From Trueperaceae bacterium (GTDB lineage Bacteria > Deinococcota > Deinococci > Deinococcales > Trueperaceae): a stretch of DNA of 64,000 bases. The translations under genes and the position numbers were made by a program. Location: assembly GCA_965215565.1 (NCBI GenBank), contig CBDCDZ010000004.1, positions 544,001 to 608,000 on the forward strand, read 5' to 3'. The notes below the pieces were generated by a model. It was not told where the DNA came from. It made no database searches and saw only the letters and a list, made by a program, of their open reading frames with translations. This document shows, piece after piece, positions 45,175-56,112 of this stretch; position 1 is the stretch's first letter, and every line of letters begins with the position of its first letter.

Positions 45175-48165
45175 TTAGTTTGCTTGAGCTGTGCTCGCGC
45201 CGCCCGTAATCTGGTAAAGCGTGCCACTGAAGTCTGCGAGGTAGATATTGCCCGCCCCGTCCTCGCCAAATGCTACGATGTTACCGTCCGTCTCCAGGAG
45301 GATCTCGCTCGACCACGCGCCGTCTGCGCCCTGCACCGCGCCCCACACGTTTCCGCTCGCGAAGTCACCGTAGAAGTACACGCCTACAAGCCCCGGCAAC
45401 GCGCTTCCGTCGTAGCGGTAGCCGCCTGTGATTGAGCGGCCTACCCCCGAGGAGTGGCTATACTCCAAGATGGGCAGCGTGTAGCGACTTGTATCACAGC
45501 CCGAGAGGTAGCACTGCGTTCCCTCGGTCTGGTTCCAACCGTAGTTCTCGCCGCCCGCGCTACTTGCGGGTTGAAAGTTGATCTCCTCGAACGCGTTCTG
45601 CCCTACATCGCCAATGAAGAGGTTGCCCTCGCGGTCGAACGAGAAGCGCCAGGGGTTGCGCAGGCCGTAGACCCAGATTTCAGGCCGCACACCTGCTGTG
45701 TTCACAAAGGGGTTATCCGCCGGGACGCTGTAGGGAGCGCCGCTATTGATATCGATGCGCAAAATTGCGCCCAAGAGGTTGCTCAAATCCTGAGCGTTCT
45801 CCTCTGGGCCACCGTCACCTAGAGCGATATAGAGGTAGCCGTCCGGCCCAAAGGCCAGCTCGCCACCATTGTGATTCGAGTCAGGTTGAGAGGCGGTGAG
45901 GAGCACGCGCTCCGAGCCCGCATCTGCTGCATTTGGGTTGCCCGAGACGCTGTACTCGGCAACGACGGTATCGCCCTGAAGGTCCGAGTAGTGGACGAAT
46001 AGGCGGCCGTTCTCAGCGTAGTTCGGGTGGAAGGCAACATCCAGAAGCCCGCGCTCACTGTTCGTGGCTACTTGGTCGCTGAGGTCTAGAAAGGGCTCGC
46101 CTAACACCTGGCCGTTCTGGATGATGACCAACTCGCCGCCCTTCTGTGTCACGAAGAGCCGCCCGGAGCCGTCGCCTGCATGGGTGATGGAGGTTGGCTC
46201 AGCAAGGTTGGAGGTGAGGGATGTGAGACTGATTGCGCCCGGTCCCGGTTGGGTAGGCATTGGGTCTGGTTCGGGATTTGGGTCTGGTTCGGGGTCTGGA
46301 TCTGGATTTGGCTGGGTAGGCGCTGAGCTGCGAAGGTAGTTCTCGACGTCGCTCGGATCGCCGTTCTCGTCGCCCGTCAGTACGTAGTACATCATACCCG
46401 CGTCCGACACATCACCGCTGGTATCAACCTCGTCAATTCTTGTACCCACCCATTCAGTCGCCGGGTCGCCCGCAGTTTTCATCCAGGCCCACGCTTCTTC
46501 ACCAACTCGGGTGCCCAGGTTACTGTTCTGGTCTGAAATAGCCTGAAAGTTGAGTTCGGGAAAGTCGCGCTTGATATCGTCCAGGTTGTAGATGTTGTCG
46601 GCGGCGTCATGACTGTTGTTCCACTCAGAGTGCGAAATCATCGTGACGTAGGGAAGCTTGTCGCGCTGCGCCTTGGCGATGCCCCGGTAGGCCACACCGT
46701 GCGGCCCGGCGACGACGAAGCAGAGGCGGTCCTGAGCGCTCGAGGCGTTGATCGCTCTAGCGACGCTGTCAGTCGAGCCCTCCAAGTCGCGCTGGTCGTT
46801 GTAGATATTGGACATGTCGAAGCCGCCGATGACGCGGGCCGCCTCTTCGACCGACCAAATCATTTGCTCTTCCATTGCGGGATTGTTGTCACCCAGGTTC
46901 GAGCTGTGGTCGAAGTGCACGAGCCGCTGCTGCTGACCTCTCGCGGCGAGTAGCAGAAGAGCTAAAGGGGACGCGCTCAGGTCGTCGGGGTCGTACTGGT
47001 TACCGTCCGCGCTCCAAGCGAGGCGGCTACAGCCGTAGCTGAAGGCAGGACCGAGGTTGCCGCTGGGTGCGGGCTCTGGGTCGGGCGTAGGATCCGTGGG
47101 CTCTGGGTTGGTCGGCACGCTACCTTGGCAAGCGTCGCCCTGAATGGCCTCCTCCTGGCTTACGGAGTCGCGGTAGAGGACGACGCGGTCGATCTGATGG
47201 CCGTGCGAGCGACCTGCAAGTTGCATCGTGTAGGTACCTGGCGCGCTGAAGTCGATAGCGAGCTCGCTCTTCTGCTCGCCTTGGTCAGCAGTCGCGCCAT
47301 AGGCGAAGCTGCCCTTGCCGTTCCCGTAGACCTTGACGAAGCCGCCGTAGCTGTCGCCACCGGTGGAGCCGAAGCGCGCCGCGTCAGGGAAATTGAGCCA
47401 CGAGTCGTTCGCTTTATCGCCCGCCACGTCGTCTGGTTGACGCATCGCCCAGGTAAAGCGGTACGACCCGACCTCAGTAATCTCGAGAGGTACGGTGATA
47501 ACGTCGTCTGGTTCGTTGTTGTTCTGCTCAGGGCTCAAGCCTAGCCAAGTAATGTACGCGCCGCCACTCGCACCGGCGTCACTCTGCACTTGCCACGCAC
47601 CGGAGAGGGGTAGGTCTTCCGCTTCCAGGGCGATAACGGCGCACGCGTCGGGTGACGGCTGTGGGTCGGTTGGCTGCGGGTCGGGGGTAAAGTCATCGCC
47701 GGGCTGCGGATTAGGCTGAGGCGCATTCGCTGTCTCAACCACAGTGAAGTCAAGCGTGAGAGGTGATCGCGCCTCTCCCCCAGCGTCTGATGAACTATAG
47801 GGAATCGCTGTCAGCGTGTAAGCACCAGGTCCTGGTGTCCAAGCGAGATAGTCGCCGCTGTGGTCGCCTGCTAGGGCGTACGGCGTGAAGTTCTCGGTGC
47901 GGACGACCTTGCCGTTGAGCTTGAAGACTACGCTGCCTGCCGAAACATTGGCGACGATGTTGAGCTGCCGCGATGGGAGTTCTTCCAGCACGAGTTCCGC
48001 GCCGTGACGGATCGGGTCGTGGCCTTTAATGGGCTTGTTCGTCTCCGCGTCCACAAGTGTAAAACTCGAGGCGGTGCTCGGGTCGAGCGCTTCCGTTGGC
48101 GACTGCTGGCAGGCGGCCAAAACCAGTACGAGCAGAAGCCAGCAAAGAGACGAGAGCCTGCTCAT
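45175..48165 (-). CDS. Modular lipoprotein with C-terminal PQQ-dependent sugar dehydrogenase (GSDH) domain
   Basis: ATG 48165 after GGAGG; lipobox LAAC; Pro-rich linkers; ERGLL, NHNGG.L.FGPDGYLY, GLRNPWRFSFD. Confidence 0.85.
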   Translation of the reverse strand: MSRLSSLCWLLLVLVLAACQQSPTEALDPSTASSFTLVDAETNKPIKGHDPIRHGAELVLEELPSRQLNIVANVSAGSVVFKLNGKVVRTENFTPYALAGDHSGDYLAWTPGPGAYTLTAIPYSSSDAGGEARSPLTLDFTVVETANAPQPNPQPGDDFTPDPQPTDPQPSPDACAVIALEAEDLPLSGAWQVQSDAGASGGAYITWLGLSPEQNNNEPDDVITVPLEITEVGSYRFTWAMRQPDDVAGDKANDSWLNFPDAARFGSTGGDSYGGFVKVYGNGKGSFAYGATADQGEQKSELAIDFSAPGTYTMQLAGRSHGHQIDRVVLYRDSVSQEEAIQGDACQGSVPTNPEPTDPTPDPEPAPSGNLGPAFSYGCSRLAWSADGNQYDPDDLSASPLALLLLAARGQQQRLVHFDHSSNLGDNNPAMEEQMIWSVEEAARVIGGFDMSNIYNDQRDLEGSTDSVARAINASSAQDRLCFVVAGPHGVAYRGIAKAQRDKLPYVTMISHSEWNNSHDAADNIYNLDDIKRDFPELNFQAISDQNSNLGTRVGEEAWAWMKTAGDPATEWVGTRIDEVDTSGDVSDAGMMYYVLTGDENGDPSDVENYLRSSAPTQPNPDPDPEPDPNPEPDPMPTQPGPGAISLTSLTSNLAEPTSITHAGDGSGRLFVTQKGGELVIIQNGQVLGEPFLDLSDQVATNSERGLLDVAFHPNYAENGRLFVHYSDLQGDTVVAEYSVSGNPNAADAGSERVLLTASQPDSNHNGGELAFGPDGYLYIALGDGGPEENAQDLSNLLGAILRIDINSGAPYSVPADNPFVNTAGVRPEIWVYGLRNPWRFSFDREGNLFIGDVGQNAFEEINFQPASSAGGENYGWNQTEGTQCYLSGCDTSRYTLPILEYSHSSGVGRSITGGYRYDGSALPGLVGVYFYGDFASGNVWGAVQGADGAWSSEILLETDGNIVAFGEDGAGNIYLADFSGTLYQITGGASTAQAN

Positions 48166-48575
48166 GAGCACGCCTCCGCCGGGATGATGGGTCGAGTAAC
48201 GACGTAATGGATAGGTTTCATCATGAATTCCTCCGCGTGAATTTCTTGCCAAACTTTGCCAATGATGTGCTTGAGGACCTTGACTTGGAGCGAAACTGAG
48301 GTTCGGTTGTCGCGTTACCTCAGCGGTTTAGTTCACAGAGTCCCTCTTGTCAGCGTAGCAGCGCGTAGCCTTTTAGGGAGACGTTAAGGTGAGCTAGCTT
48401 CGCCGTATTGAAAGGCGAGATCGCACCTAACGAAGACCTTGCTCGTCTACATCTACCCTTCATTTGTCGCGGTTGGGAGCAGTATGGTCGTGCTCACGCG
48501 AATCCGTTAAGTACAAATCAGCCCATAGCGCGCGCGTTGACTTAAGAGAAAGCCGCACGTCTAAGGTTGAGCAAA

Positions 48576-48690
48576 TATAGCAGGTATCATCTGGTTTGAG
48601 CCAATCTCATATAATAGAACAACGACTAGCACGCACATTGTCGGATGATATCTGCGCTATTTCAGTCCAATACTTCTGATAACCGCTATA
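48576..48690. mobile_element. MITE-like element, family A, with both ends
   Basis: Imperfect terminal inverted repeats TATAGCAGGTATCA / TGATAACCGCTATA. Confidence 0.6.
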
Positions 48691-49084
48691 CTGGCACCGC
48701 GCATTGACATCGCTCTGCAAAAAGAGGCTTGACCAACGCCTATGTTCGTGTACAACGTTAAACTATCCCAATTTAGGAAAGGGAGATTCAAAATTCAAAT
48801 ACCCCTGAATGGCTGAGCTGATAGGCAAGAAGAGTGATATGGATGTGAAGCAAATAACCAACAGTTGAACGATAGGGTCTCTCAGAAAGACCAAGGCTGT
48901 CGAGCGAAGAGAACACGGTTTCTACGGTGCGATGTCCTTATGTAGGGGTTTTATTCAAGCTTAGGTGGAGGCGATCGGTTGCTACGGCGCGGGGTAACTA
49001 AGGTCAACGGCTTGAGGTGCAACGTCAGCTTTGAAGTCTTAGCTAGCGTAGCCCTTATCGGCAGTAACACTGAACTGAAAGAAT

Positions 49085-49275
49085 GACGTCGTAAATTGAG
49101 AGCGTCTGAGGGTACGCGCTGAGAAGCCCTTAGCCAGAGGTCTAGCGGGAGCGGGACCACGCGACTGCATCTTTGAATCAACGCGCGTCGATAACGGCAT
49201 AATACGCCCAGCTAAAGGCTCTTTTCCGCGCGGTTTAGATGTCAAAAGTACGACATCTAAACTTCACTTTAGTAT
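49085..49275 (-). repeat. 191-bp structured repeat, copy 2 (candidate ncRNA)
   Basis: Inverted copy of 44920-45110; its 5' edge lies within TATACT on the minus strand. Confidence 0.9.
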
Positions 49276-49765
49276 AACAATGCGGCAAGCAAACTTGTCT
49301 AACAGACGAGGGGCACCCTTGACCCCGTGTTCATTCGCGCCTCGCAGGAGTAGTCTACTCATCAGGTTGCCAACATCGTCTAAGCCGGCACGGAGCCGAA
49401 AGCCTTGAAACGTGCTGTTATGGCTGTGGTCATATTCATAACTGCCCGCAAGTTGGATCCTGTTCGGACGGGCAAAGCCCACCACTTCTACCTTCTTGGA
49501 GTCAAGGTGAGGTTAAAAAACTGAAGTTGTAGGCTGTGCTCATTCTTTGAATCGCCTGAGTACCCACTGCGCCAGAAATTCGAGCACCGTGTTGGCAAAA
49601 GCGTCCTCTCCCAACACGGTGAGCTTTGCTAAGTGAGTAAGTCCTGGATTGGCTGTGTCAAAAAAGCAAGTTTCAAAACGTTTACAATGACCACATTTGA
49701 TAGATCTTCTATAAGAAGACGAGTGTTGCTATGAACTATTCAAAAGAAGCTTTTCCCCTTCCTAG

Positions 49766-51412
49766 TTAGATCAGCACCGGCTCCTCATACACCCCGTACA
49801 CCTCCCGCAGCACGTCCATTTGCTCACCCAACGTGCAGTAAGTATGGGCGCACTTCATAAACGCGGGCATGGTGTTTTCGCCGTTTTTAGCGGCGTTTCG
49901 CAGAGCGTTCATCGCGTCTTCAGCCGCTTGCGGATCGCGCTCTCTGCGGATACGCGCCAAACTTTCCTGTTGCGCTCGCTCGACCTCTTCGTCGAAAGGC
50001 AGTAGCGGCGTTTCGGGGCTGTCGTTGACGAAAGCGTTCATGCCGACGACGAGCCGCTCTTTGCTGTCCATCTCGCGCTGCTGCTGATACGAGGCGTCGC
50101 CGATCTCTTTCGCGAAGAAGCCCGCGTCAATAGCGCCTTCGACGCCGCCCAGCGCGTCGATTTGGTCGAAGTAGGCTAAGCACTGCCGCTCCATCTCATC
50201 GGTCAAGGTTTCCAAATAGTACGAGCCCGCGAGCGGGTCTACCGTGTTCGTCACGCCCGTTTCATACGCGATAACCTGCTGCGTGCGCAGGGCGATTCGC
50301 GCCGCCTCTTCGGTGGGGAGCGCTAACGCTTCGTCGTAAGAATCGGTGTGGAGGCTGTTCGTGCCGCCTAAAACGCCTGCTAAAGCCTGAACCGCAACGC
50401 GGGCGATGTTCACTAGCGGTTGCTGCGCGGTCAATGATACGCCCGCCGTTTGCGCGTGCGTGCGGAGCATCCACGACTTGGGATTTTTTGCGCCGTAGAC
50501 CTCGCGCATCTGCTTCGCCCAGATGCGCCTCGCGGCGCGGAACTTGGCAATCTCTTCAAAGAAGTCGTTGTGAACGTTGAAGAAGAATGAGATGCGCGGG
50601 GCGAACTCGTCGATGTCTAAGCCGCGCTCCAGTGCCTTGCGAACGTAGTGAATCCCGTCTGCGAGCGTGAAGGCAAGCTCTTGCACGGAGGTCGAGCCCG
50701 CCTCGCGGATGTGGTAGCCCGAAACCGAGATGAAGTTCCATTTAGGCACGTTCTTAGGTCCCCACTCAAAGGTGTCGATAACGAGCTTCACCGAGGGTGC
50801 GGGGGGGAAGATGTACTCCTTTTGCGCGGTGAACTCTTTCAAGATGTCGTTCTGAATCGTGCCGCCTACCTTGGAGAGGTCTGCGCCCTTCTTCTGTGCC
50901 ATCGCCAAGTACATCGCCCAGATTGCGTTCGCGGGGCTGTTGATGGTCATCGAGGTGGTGATGGCTTCGGGGTCGATGCCCTCAAAGAGCGTTTCCATAT
51001 CCGCCAAAGATGACACCGCCACGCCCATCTTGCCGACTTCGCCCCGGCTGAAGGGGTGGTCGGCGTCGTAGCCCATCAGCGTCGGCAGGTCAAAGGCGGT
51101 GGAGAGCCCTGTTTGTCCTGCATCTAAGAGGTTCTTAAAGCGTTCGTTCGTCTGCTTAGCCGAGCCGAAGCCCGCGAACTGCCGCATGGTCCAGAGCTTG
51201 CCCCGGTACATGGAGGCTTGGACGCCCCGCGTATACGGGTATTCGCCGGGATAGCCGAGTTTCTCTTCCGGGTCAAAGTCCGCTAAATCATCATGTGTAT
51301 AGAGAGGTTCCGCTTCGATGTCCGAAAGGGTGCGGAAGGGGTACTTACGCTCAGGGAACTTGGAGGTTGCCTCCTTATAGTTCTCGCTGAGCCAGGCTTT
51401 TTTAGGTTTCAT
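49766..51412 (-). CDS. Methylmalonyl-CoA mutase-family large subunit
   Basis: PGEYPYTRG, WTMRQFAGF, GYHIREAG, HAQTAG, SLHTDSYDEAL. Confidence 0.95.
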   Translation of the reverse strand: MKPKKAWLSENYKEATSKFPERKYPFRTLSDIEAEPLYTHDDLADFDPEEKLGYPGEYPYTRGVQASMYRGKLWTMRQFAGFGSAKQTNERFKNLLDAGQTGLSTAFDLPTLMGYDADHPFSRGEVGKMGVAVSSLADMETLFEGIDPEAITTSMTINSPANAIWAMYLAMAQKKGADLSKVGGTIQNDILKEFTAQKEYIFPPAPSVKLVIDTFEWGPKNVPKWNFISVSGYHIREAGSTSVQELAFTLADGIHYVRKALERGLDIDEFAPRISFFFNVHNDFFEEIAKFRAARRIWAKQMREVYGAKNPKSWMLRTHAQTAGVSLTAQQPLVNIARVAVQALAGVLGGTNSLHTDSYDEALALPTEEAARIALRTQQVIAYETGVTNTVDPLAGSYYLETLTDEMERQCLAYFDQIDALGGVEGAIDAGFFAKEIGDASYQQQREMDSKERLVVGMNAFVNDSPETPLLPFDEEVERAQQESLARIRRERDPQAAEDAMNALRNAAKNGENTMPAFMKCAHTYCTLGEQMDVLREVYGVYEEPVLI

Positions 51413-51554
51413 GCTTTAATTATAGAGGTTTTGTGAGGACGAACACGGTAGACGGTCGTGTGTACCGCGCGTTTTGGTACCTCTGTCGATCAACACCCCT
51501 TAGTCTCTCCGCATTCGTTGCGCCTCGCTTGCCGGTTCTGTAACCCCGTCATAT

Positions 51555-51602
51555 CAAAAAGCGCCGACGTTCATGTACGTATCCTTATGAACGTCGGCGC
51601 TT
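51555..51602 (-). terminator. Intrinsic terminator after glpD
   Basis: GCGCCGACGTTCAT / ATGAACGTCGGCGC with an A-run (U-tail on the minus strand). Confidence 0.75.
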
Positions 51603-51619
51603 CACCAAAACCATATTCG

Positions 51620-53221
51620 TTATGCGAAGTAGCGCTGCGCCGCCTCCTGGTCTCCCTGCGTTCTACTACTGTCCCACTCGAGCGTCTGAGCTAACAGTTC
51701 GGACACACGGGAAATCGAGTTTCTCGTCGCCTCTTCGTCGAGAAAGCCGATGCGCGTGCGGCGGGCTAGAAAGTCCGTTGCGCTCCGCGCGCCTTCGTGC
51801 TTGGCGGAGTAGACGACTTCCGCCTCCAGGAAGGGCTCCCCGTGGACGAGCCGCTCGCCGAGTCCGTTCGTCGCGAGCGCGGCGACGTTGCGCGCTCTGT
51901 CGCCGTAGGCACGGTTGAGGTACTCGGCGATGTCGGCGGCGAGACCAAACTCCTGCTGGAGCTTGCCGATATCCGAGTCGGTGAACTTCTCTGCGCCCAC
52001 GAGTTTGAGCGTCTCGGTTTGTGATCCGCGCGCAGGCTTCAAGCTGCCGAGTTTTACCGCTTCGTTCACGGCGTCGAGCGCCATCTTGCGGTACGAAGTC
52101 CACTTGCCACCTGCAATCGTGAGGAGTCCCGAGTCGCTGATATTCACCACGTGGTCACGCGAGAGCCCCGCCGTATCGGACGCTTCTGGATCAGAAACTA
52201 GGGGGCGCAAGCCGGACCAGCTCGAGAGCACGTCCTCGCGCTTAACGGGTACGTCGAAGTAGCGCTCGATGTGGTTGAGGATGTACTGAATGTCCTCTTC
52301 GCTAGGCTTGGGGTTATCCTCGATATCGGCGGGCTTGTCCGTCGTACCCACCAAGGTGTGGTTCAGCCAAGGCAGCAAGAAGAGCACCCGCCCATCGTCT
52401 GTTTCGGGGATCAGGAGCCCTGTTTCGGGAGGCGAAAAGCGCTGGTCTAAGACGATGTGCACGCCTGAACTCGCCTCCAACATCCCCTTAGCGTCCGGGT
52501 CGTCCATGTAGCGAATCTTATCGGTGAAGGGTCCGGTAGCGTTGATAACGACTTTCGCCGACACCTCCCACTCATCCTCGCTGAGCCTGTCGCGCAGCTT
52601 GACGCCGCCCAGCTTGCCGTTCTCTTTAGTGAGCCCCGTCACCTCGACGTGGTTGACGGCTGCCGCGCCCTGCTCGGCGGCGGTCAAGACGATCGCCAAA
52701 TTCATGCGGGCGTCGTCGAACTGCCCGTCGTAGTAGACGACTGCGCCGCGCAAACCCTCTTTTTTAAGCATCGGAAACTGCTCTTTAGCAGCCGTGGGTC
52801 CTAAAAAGCGGCTCGGCTGCAAGTTGGCTTTACCGGCTAAGCGGTCGTAGATTTTGAGTCCAGTGGTGATGTAGGGGACCTCGAGCAGGTTGTAAATAGG
52901 CGTCAGGATAGGCATCGGCCGCGCCAAATGCGGCGCAATTTTAAGCAGCACCGCGCGTTCTTTGAGCCCGTCACGCACCAGATTCCACTGGGTACGGTCG
53001 AGGTGCTTAATGGCTTTTTCTAGGTAGCGCACGCCGCCGTGGATGAGCTTGGTGGAGCGGCTGGACGTACCCGCTGCAAAGTCGTCACGTTCAACTAACG
53101 CCACGTTCAAACCACGCGTCGCCGCGTCTAGAGCTACACCCGCGCCCGTCGCTCCGCCGCCAATCACCAGCACGTCAAACGTCTCGTTCTTCAGTCTTTC
53201 TAAGTGCGCTTCGCGGTCCAT
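51620..53221 (-). CDS. glpD: FAD-dependent glycerol-3-phosphate dehydrogenase
   Basis: IGGGATG, TSSRSTKLIHGGVRYL, GGKWTSYR. Confidence 0.95.
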   Translation of the reverse strand: MDREAHLERLKNETFDVLVIGGGATGAGVALDAATRGLNVALVERDDFAAGTSSRSTKLIHGGVRYLEKAIKHLDRTQWNLVRDGLKERAVLLKIAPHLARPMPILTPIYNLLEVPYITTGLKIYDRLAGKANLQPSRFLGPTAAKEQFPMLKKEGLRGAVVYYDGQFDDARMNLAIVLTAAEQGAAAVNHVEVTGLTKENGKLGGVKLRDRLSEDEWEVSAKVVINATGPFTDKIRYMDDPDAKGMLEASSGVHIVLDQRFSPPETGLLIPETDDGRVLFLLPWLNHTLVGTTDKPADIEDNPKPSEEDIQYILNHIERYFDVPVKREDVLSSWSGLRPLVSDPEASDTAGLSRDHVVNISDSGLLTIAGGKWTSYRKMALDAVNEAVKLGSLKPARGSQTETLKLVGAEKFTDSDIGKLQQEFGLAADIAEYLNRAYGDRARNVAALATNGLGERLVHGEPFLEAEVVYSAKHEGARSATDFLARRTRIGFLDEEATRNSISRVSELLAQTLEWDSSRTQGDQEAAQRYFA

Positions 53222-53283
53222 AAAGCTCCTTTATAGAGGTGGCTCGAATAGAACTTCTCGGAGGAAAAACAAATTATATTATG

Positions 53284-53403
53284 TAGCAGTTCCAAAACAT
53301 ACTGAGACAGTTGAGCGCAGCTCAACGGAACCTCATCTCAGAATGTGCGTCCTACATGAGGTTCTCAAGAGTGAAAGTGTTTCTAACCAAATGATAGCTG
53401 TTA
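53284..53403. repeat. MITE-like repeat family A copy
   Basis: TAGCAGTTCCAAAACATACTGAGA and TCATCTCAGAATGTGCGT shared with 11230-11437. Confidence 0.6.
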
Positions 53404-53498
53404 ATAGTTACAGTATTGCAAAAAACGCGGCGCAGCGCCGTAGGCAGCGCTACGCTCACCGCAACGCTGCCCAACACGCCCATACCTCTGTCAGGCGC

Positions 53499-54992
53499 TC
53501 ACTTGTCGTCCCACGACTTGGCGCGTTCCAAGGCTTCGTGCCAGCGCCCTGTCAGTTCTTCGCGCCGGCCCTCCTCCATCTGCGGCTCGAAGCGCTTCTC
53601 CTCCTCCCAGAGCGACTCTAGTTCATCCTTGCCGCTCCAGAAATCCACGGCGAGCCCGGCGGCGTACGCTGCGCCTAACGCCGTCGTTTCCGTGATTTTT
53701 GGACGCACCACCTCGACGCCTAACGTATCCGCTTGGAACTGCATCAAGAGGTCGTTTTTCGCCGCGCCCCCGTCCACGCGGAGTTCTTTTAGGGGCGTGC
53801 CGCTGTCCGCCTCCATCGCCTTCGCCACGTCGTTGACCTGATAGACGATGCCTTCTAGCGCCGCTCTCGCAATGTGCCCCGCTGTGCTGCCCCGCGTCAG
53901 ACCGACGATGGTGCCGCGTGCGTACTGGTCCCAGTGGGGCGCACCTAACCCGGCAAAAGCAGGTACGAGGTAGACGCCGCCGTTGTCCTCTTCGCTCTGC
54001 GCGAGCTTCTCCACGTCTTCTGAGTTGCGGATAATGCCCAAACCGTCGCGGAGCCACTGAACCACTGCGCCTGCGATGAAAATCGCACCTTCGAGCGCGT
54101 AGTCGGTGGTGCCCTCCATCTCCCAAGCGATGGTGGACAGGAGCTTGTTCTCGGACTTAACGGCCTCTTGACCCATATTCATGAGAAAGAAGCAGCCCGT
54201 CCCGTAGGTGTTTTTCCCCTGCCCCTTCTCGAAGCAGACCTGCCCGAAAGAGGCTGCTTGCTGGTCCCCTAAAATGCCCGCGATAGGCACTTCAGACCGG
54301 AGTTGCCCCTGCGTCGCGTGACCGTACACTTCGGAGGACGACTTGACCTCGGGGAACATCTCACGGGGGATATTAAGAATGTCTAAAATCTCCTCGTCCC
54401 ACTTTTTCTCATGGATATTAAACATCAGCGTGCGGCAGGCGTTGGATACGTCCGTGATGTGGACCTCGCCGCCCGTGAGTTTATAGATGAGCCAACTATC
54501 GACGGTGCCGAAGAGCAGCTCGCCCGCCTCGGCCCTTTTGCGTACCCCGTCCACGTTGTCCAAAATCCAAGCGAGCTTGCTGCCTGAAAAGTAGGCGTCT
54601 AAAATGAGCCCGGTCTTCTCCTGAAAGGTATCCTCGAGCCCGTCCGCCTTGAGCTTGTCGATAAACTTAGAGGTGCGCCGGTCCTGCCAAACAACGGCGT
54701 TGTAGACGGGCTCGCCCGTCTTTTTGTCCCAGACGATCGTCGTCTCGCGCTGATTGGTGATGCCGATAGCTTCGATGTCCGACGAGGCGATATTCGCGTT
54801 CGCGATCGCTTCGGAGATGACACCTGACTGCGTGGACCAGATTTCGTTCGGTTTATGCTCGACCCAGCCTGGCTCTGGGAAGATCTGCTCGAACTCCTTC
54901 TGCCCGGTTCCTACGATTTCTCCGTCGTGGTTGAAGACGATGGCTCTCGAGCTGGTCGTTCCTTGATCGAGTGCGATGATATAGCTTGCCAC
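53499..54992 (-). CDS. glpK: Glycerol kinase
   Basis: [36 protein letters not shown]. Confidence 0.97.
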   Translation of the reverse strand: MASYIIALDQGTTSSRAIVFNHDGEIVGTGQKEFEQIFPEPGWVEHKPNEIWSTQSGVISEAIANANIASSDIEAIGITNQRETTIVWDKKTGEPVYNAVVWQDRRTSKFIDKLKADGLEDTFQEKTGLILDAYFSGSKLAWILDNVDGVRKRAEAGELLFGTVDSWLIYKLTGGEVHITDVSNACRTLMFNIHEKKWDEEILDILNIPREMFPEVKSSSEVYGHATQGQLRSEVPIAGILGDQQAASFGQVCFEKGQGKNTYGTGCFFLMNMGQEAVKSENKLLSTIAWEMEGTTDYALEGAIFIAGAVVQWLRDGLGIIRNSEDVEKLAQSEEDNGGVYLVPAFAGLGAPHWDQYARGTIVGLTRGSTAGHIARAALEGIVYQVNDVAKAMEADSGTPLKELRVDGGAAKNDLLMQFQADTLGVEVVRPKITETTALGAAYAAGLAVDFWSGKDELESLWEEEKRFEPQMEEGRREELTGRWHEALERAKSWDDK

Positions 54993-55061
54993 TTTCTACC
55001 TCCTAGTGAATTTGCGGATGAACCGGTATAGCTAAACCCGGCACAAAATGCGCCGCTCGCC

Positions 55062-55784
55062 TTAGCCTGGGAAGAGTAGCGCGTAGCTTACACCGCCCAA
55101 TGCCCCCCCTACGATGGGCGCGACGATAGGCACCCAAGCGTAGCTCCAGTTCGAGTCACGCTTGCCCGGTATCGGCAACAGCGCGTGCGCTAAGCGCGGC
55201 GAGAAGTCCCTTGCTGGGTTGATGGCGTAGCCCGTCGGTCCTCCTACGGAGAGCCCGATTGCCCACACTAGAAAGCCGATAAGGAGCGGTTGAATCCCTG
55301 ATCTGTCAGGCAACTCGCCCCCGTAAAAGCCGATGGCCAATACGCCGAAGACGAGCAGAAACGTCCCTATCACCTCGGTGACAAAGTTGGAGGGCAAATC
55401 GCGGATTGCGGGCGTGGTGCAGAACACGTCGAGCTTGGCTTGCGGGTCTTCGGTCCTTTCCCAGTGCGGTCTATAGGCCGCCCACACCACCACCGCACCG
55501 ATGAAACCGCCGATAAGCTGCGCGAGGATGTAAGCGGGTACCTGAGCCCATTCGAACGCGCCACTCGCGGCGAGCCCCACAGTGACCGCCGGGTTGATAT
55601 GCGCGCTGCTAAATTCGAACACGCTGTATACTGCGACGGCGACGCCTAGTCCCCACCCCGTCGTGATCACAATCCAACCTGAGCCCTCCCCTTTCGAGCC
55701 CGCCAAACTCGCCGTCGCTACCACGCCGCACCCAAAAATCATCAGCAGTGCGGTGCCTATAATCTCAGCCACAAAGAAGTTCAC
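55062..55784 (-). CDS. glpF: Glycerol uptake facilitator (MIP family)
   Basis: HINPAVT and AINPARD motifs; upstream of glpK. Confidence 0.95.
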   Translation of the reverse strand: MNFFVAEIIGTALLMIFGCGVVATASLAGSKGEGSGWIVITTGWGLGVAVAVYSVFEFSSAHINPAVTVGLAASGAFEWAQVPAYILAQLIGGFIGAVVVWAAYRPHWERTEDPQAKLDVFCTTPAIRDLPSNFVTEVIGTFLLVFGVLAIGFYGGELPDRSGIQPLLIGFLVWAIGLSVGGPTGYAINPARDFSPRLAHALLPIPGKRDSNWSYAWVPIVAPIVGGALGGVSYALLFPG

Positions 55785-56112
55785 TCATACTCCCCTTTGA
55801 ACGTTGTTCGCCTCACTTCACTTAGCGTTGCTCACAAGCGAGTTTCTGACACCACCCCCAACGCAACTATGGATAAAAGATAAAGCGCAACTACGCCTCT
55901 TTAGACACAGCTTTATCCATCTGTTAGCTCTCAAAGTTTCAGCGAGCATACATTTCGCTGACGGGGTCTGTCAACGCCGCAGCGGATGAGAGCGTTTTTA
56001 CTGCACGCTCATCACCGAGAGCAGAGTGACTGCTTTACGCTTATAATTTCGGAACGCGAAACTTGGTGAGGTGACGCATCAGCCGTAAGAGGTTGCTCGG
56101 CTCCGCTATACT

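Noticed and set aside
44950..45435. ORFs beginning MTSKPRGKEP (also 49039-49245)
   Set aside because: The TTG start is buried in a hairpin with no RBS, and the identity merely reflects the DNA repeat
49264..49485. 73-aa ORF with a GFRL motif
   Set aside because: Too little similarity to call; possibly a remnant
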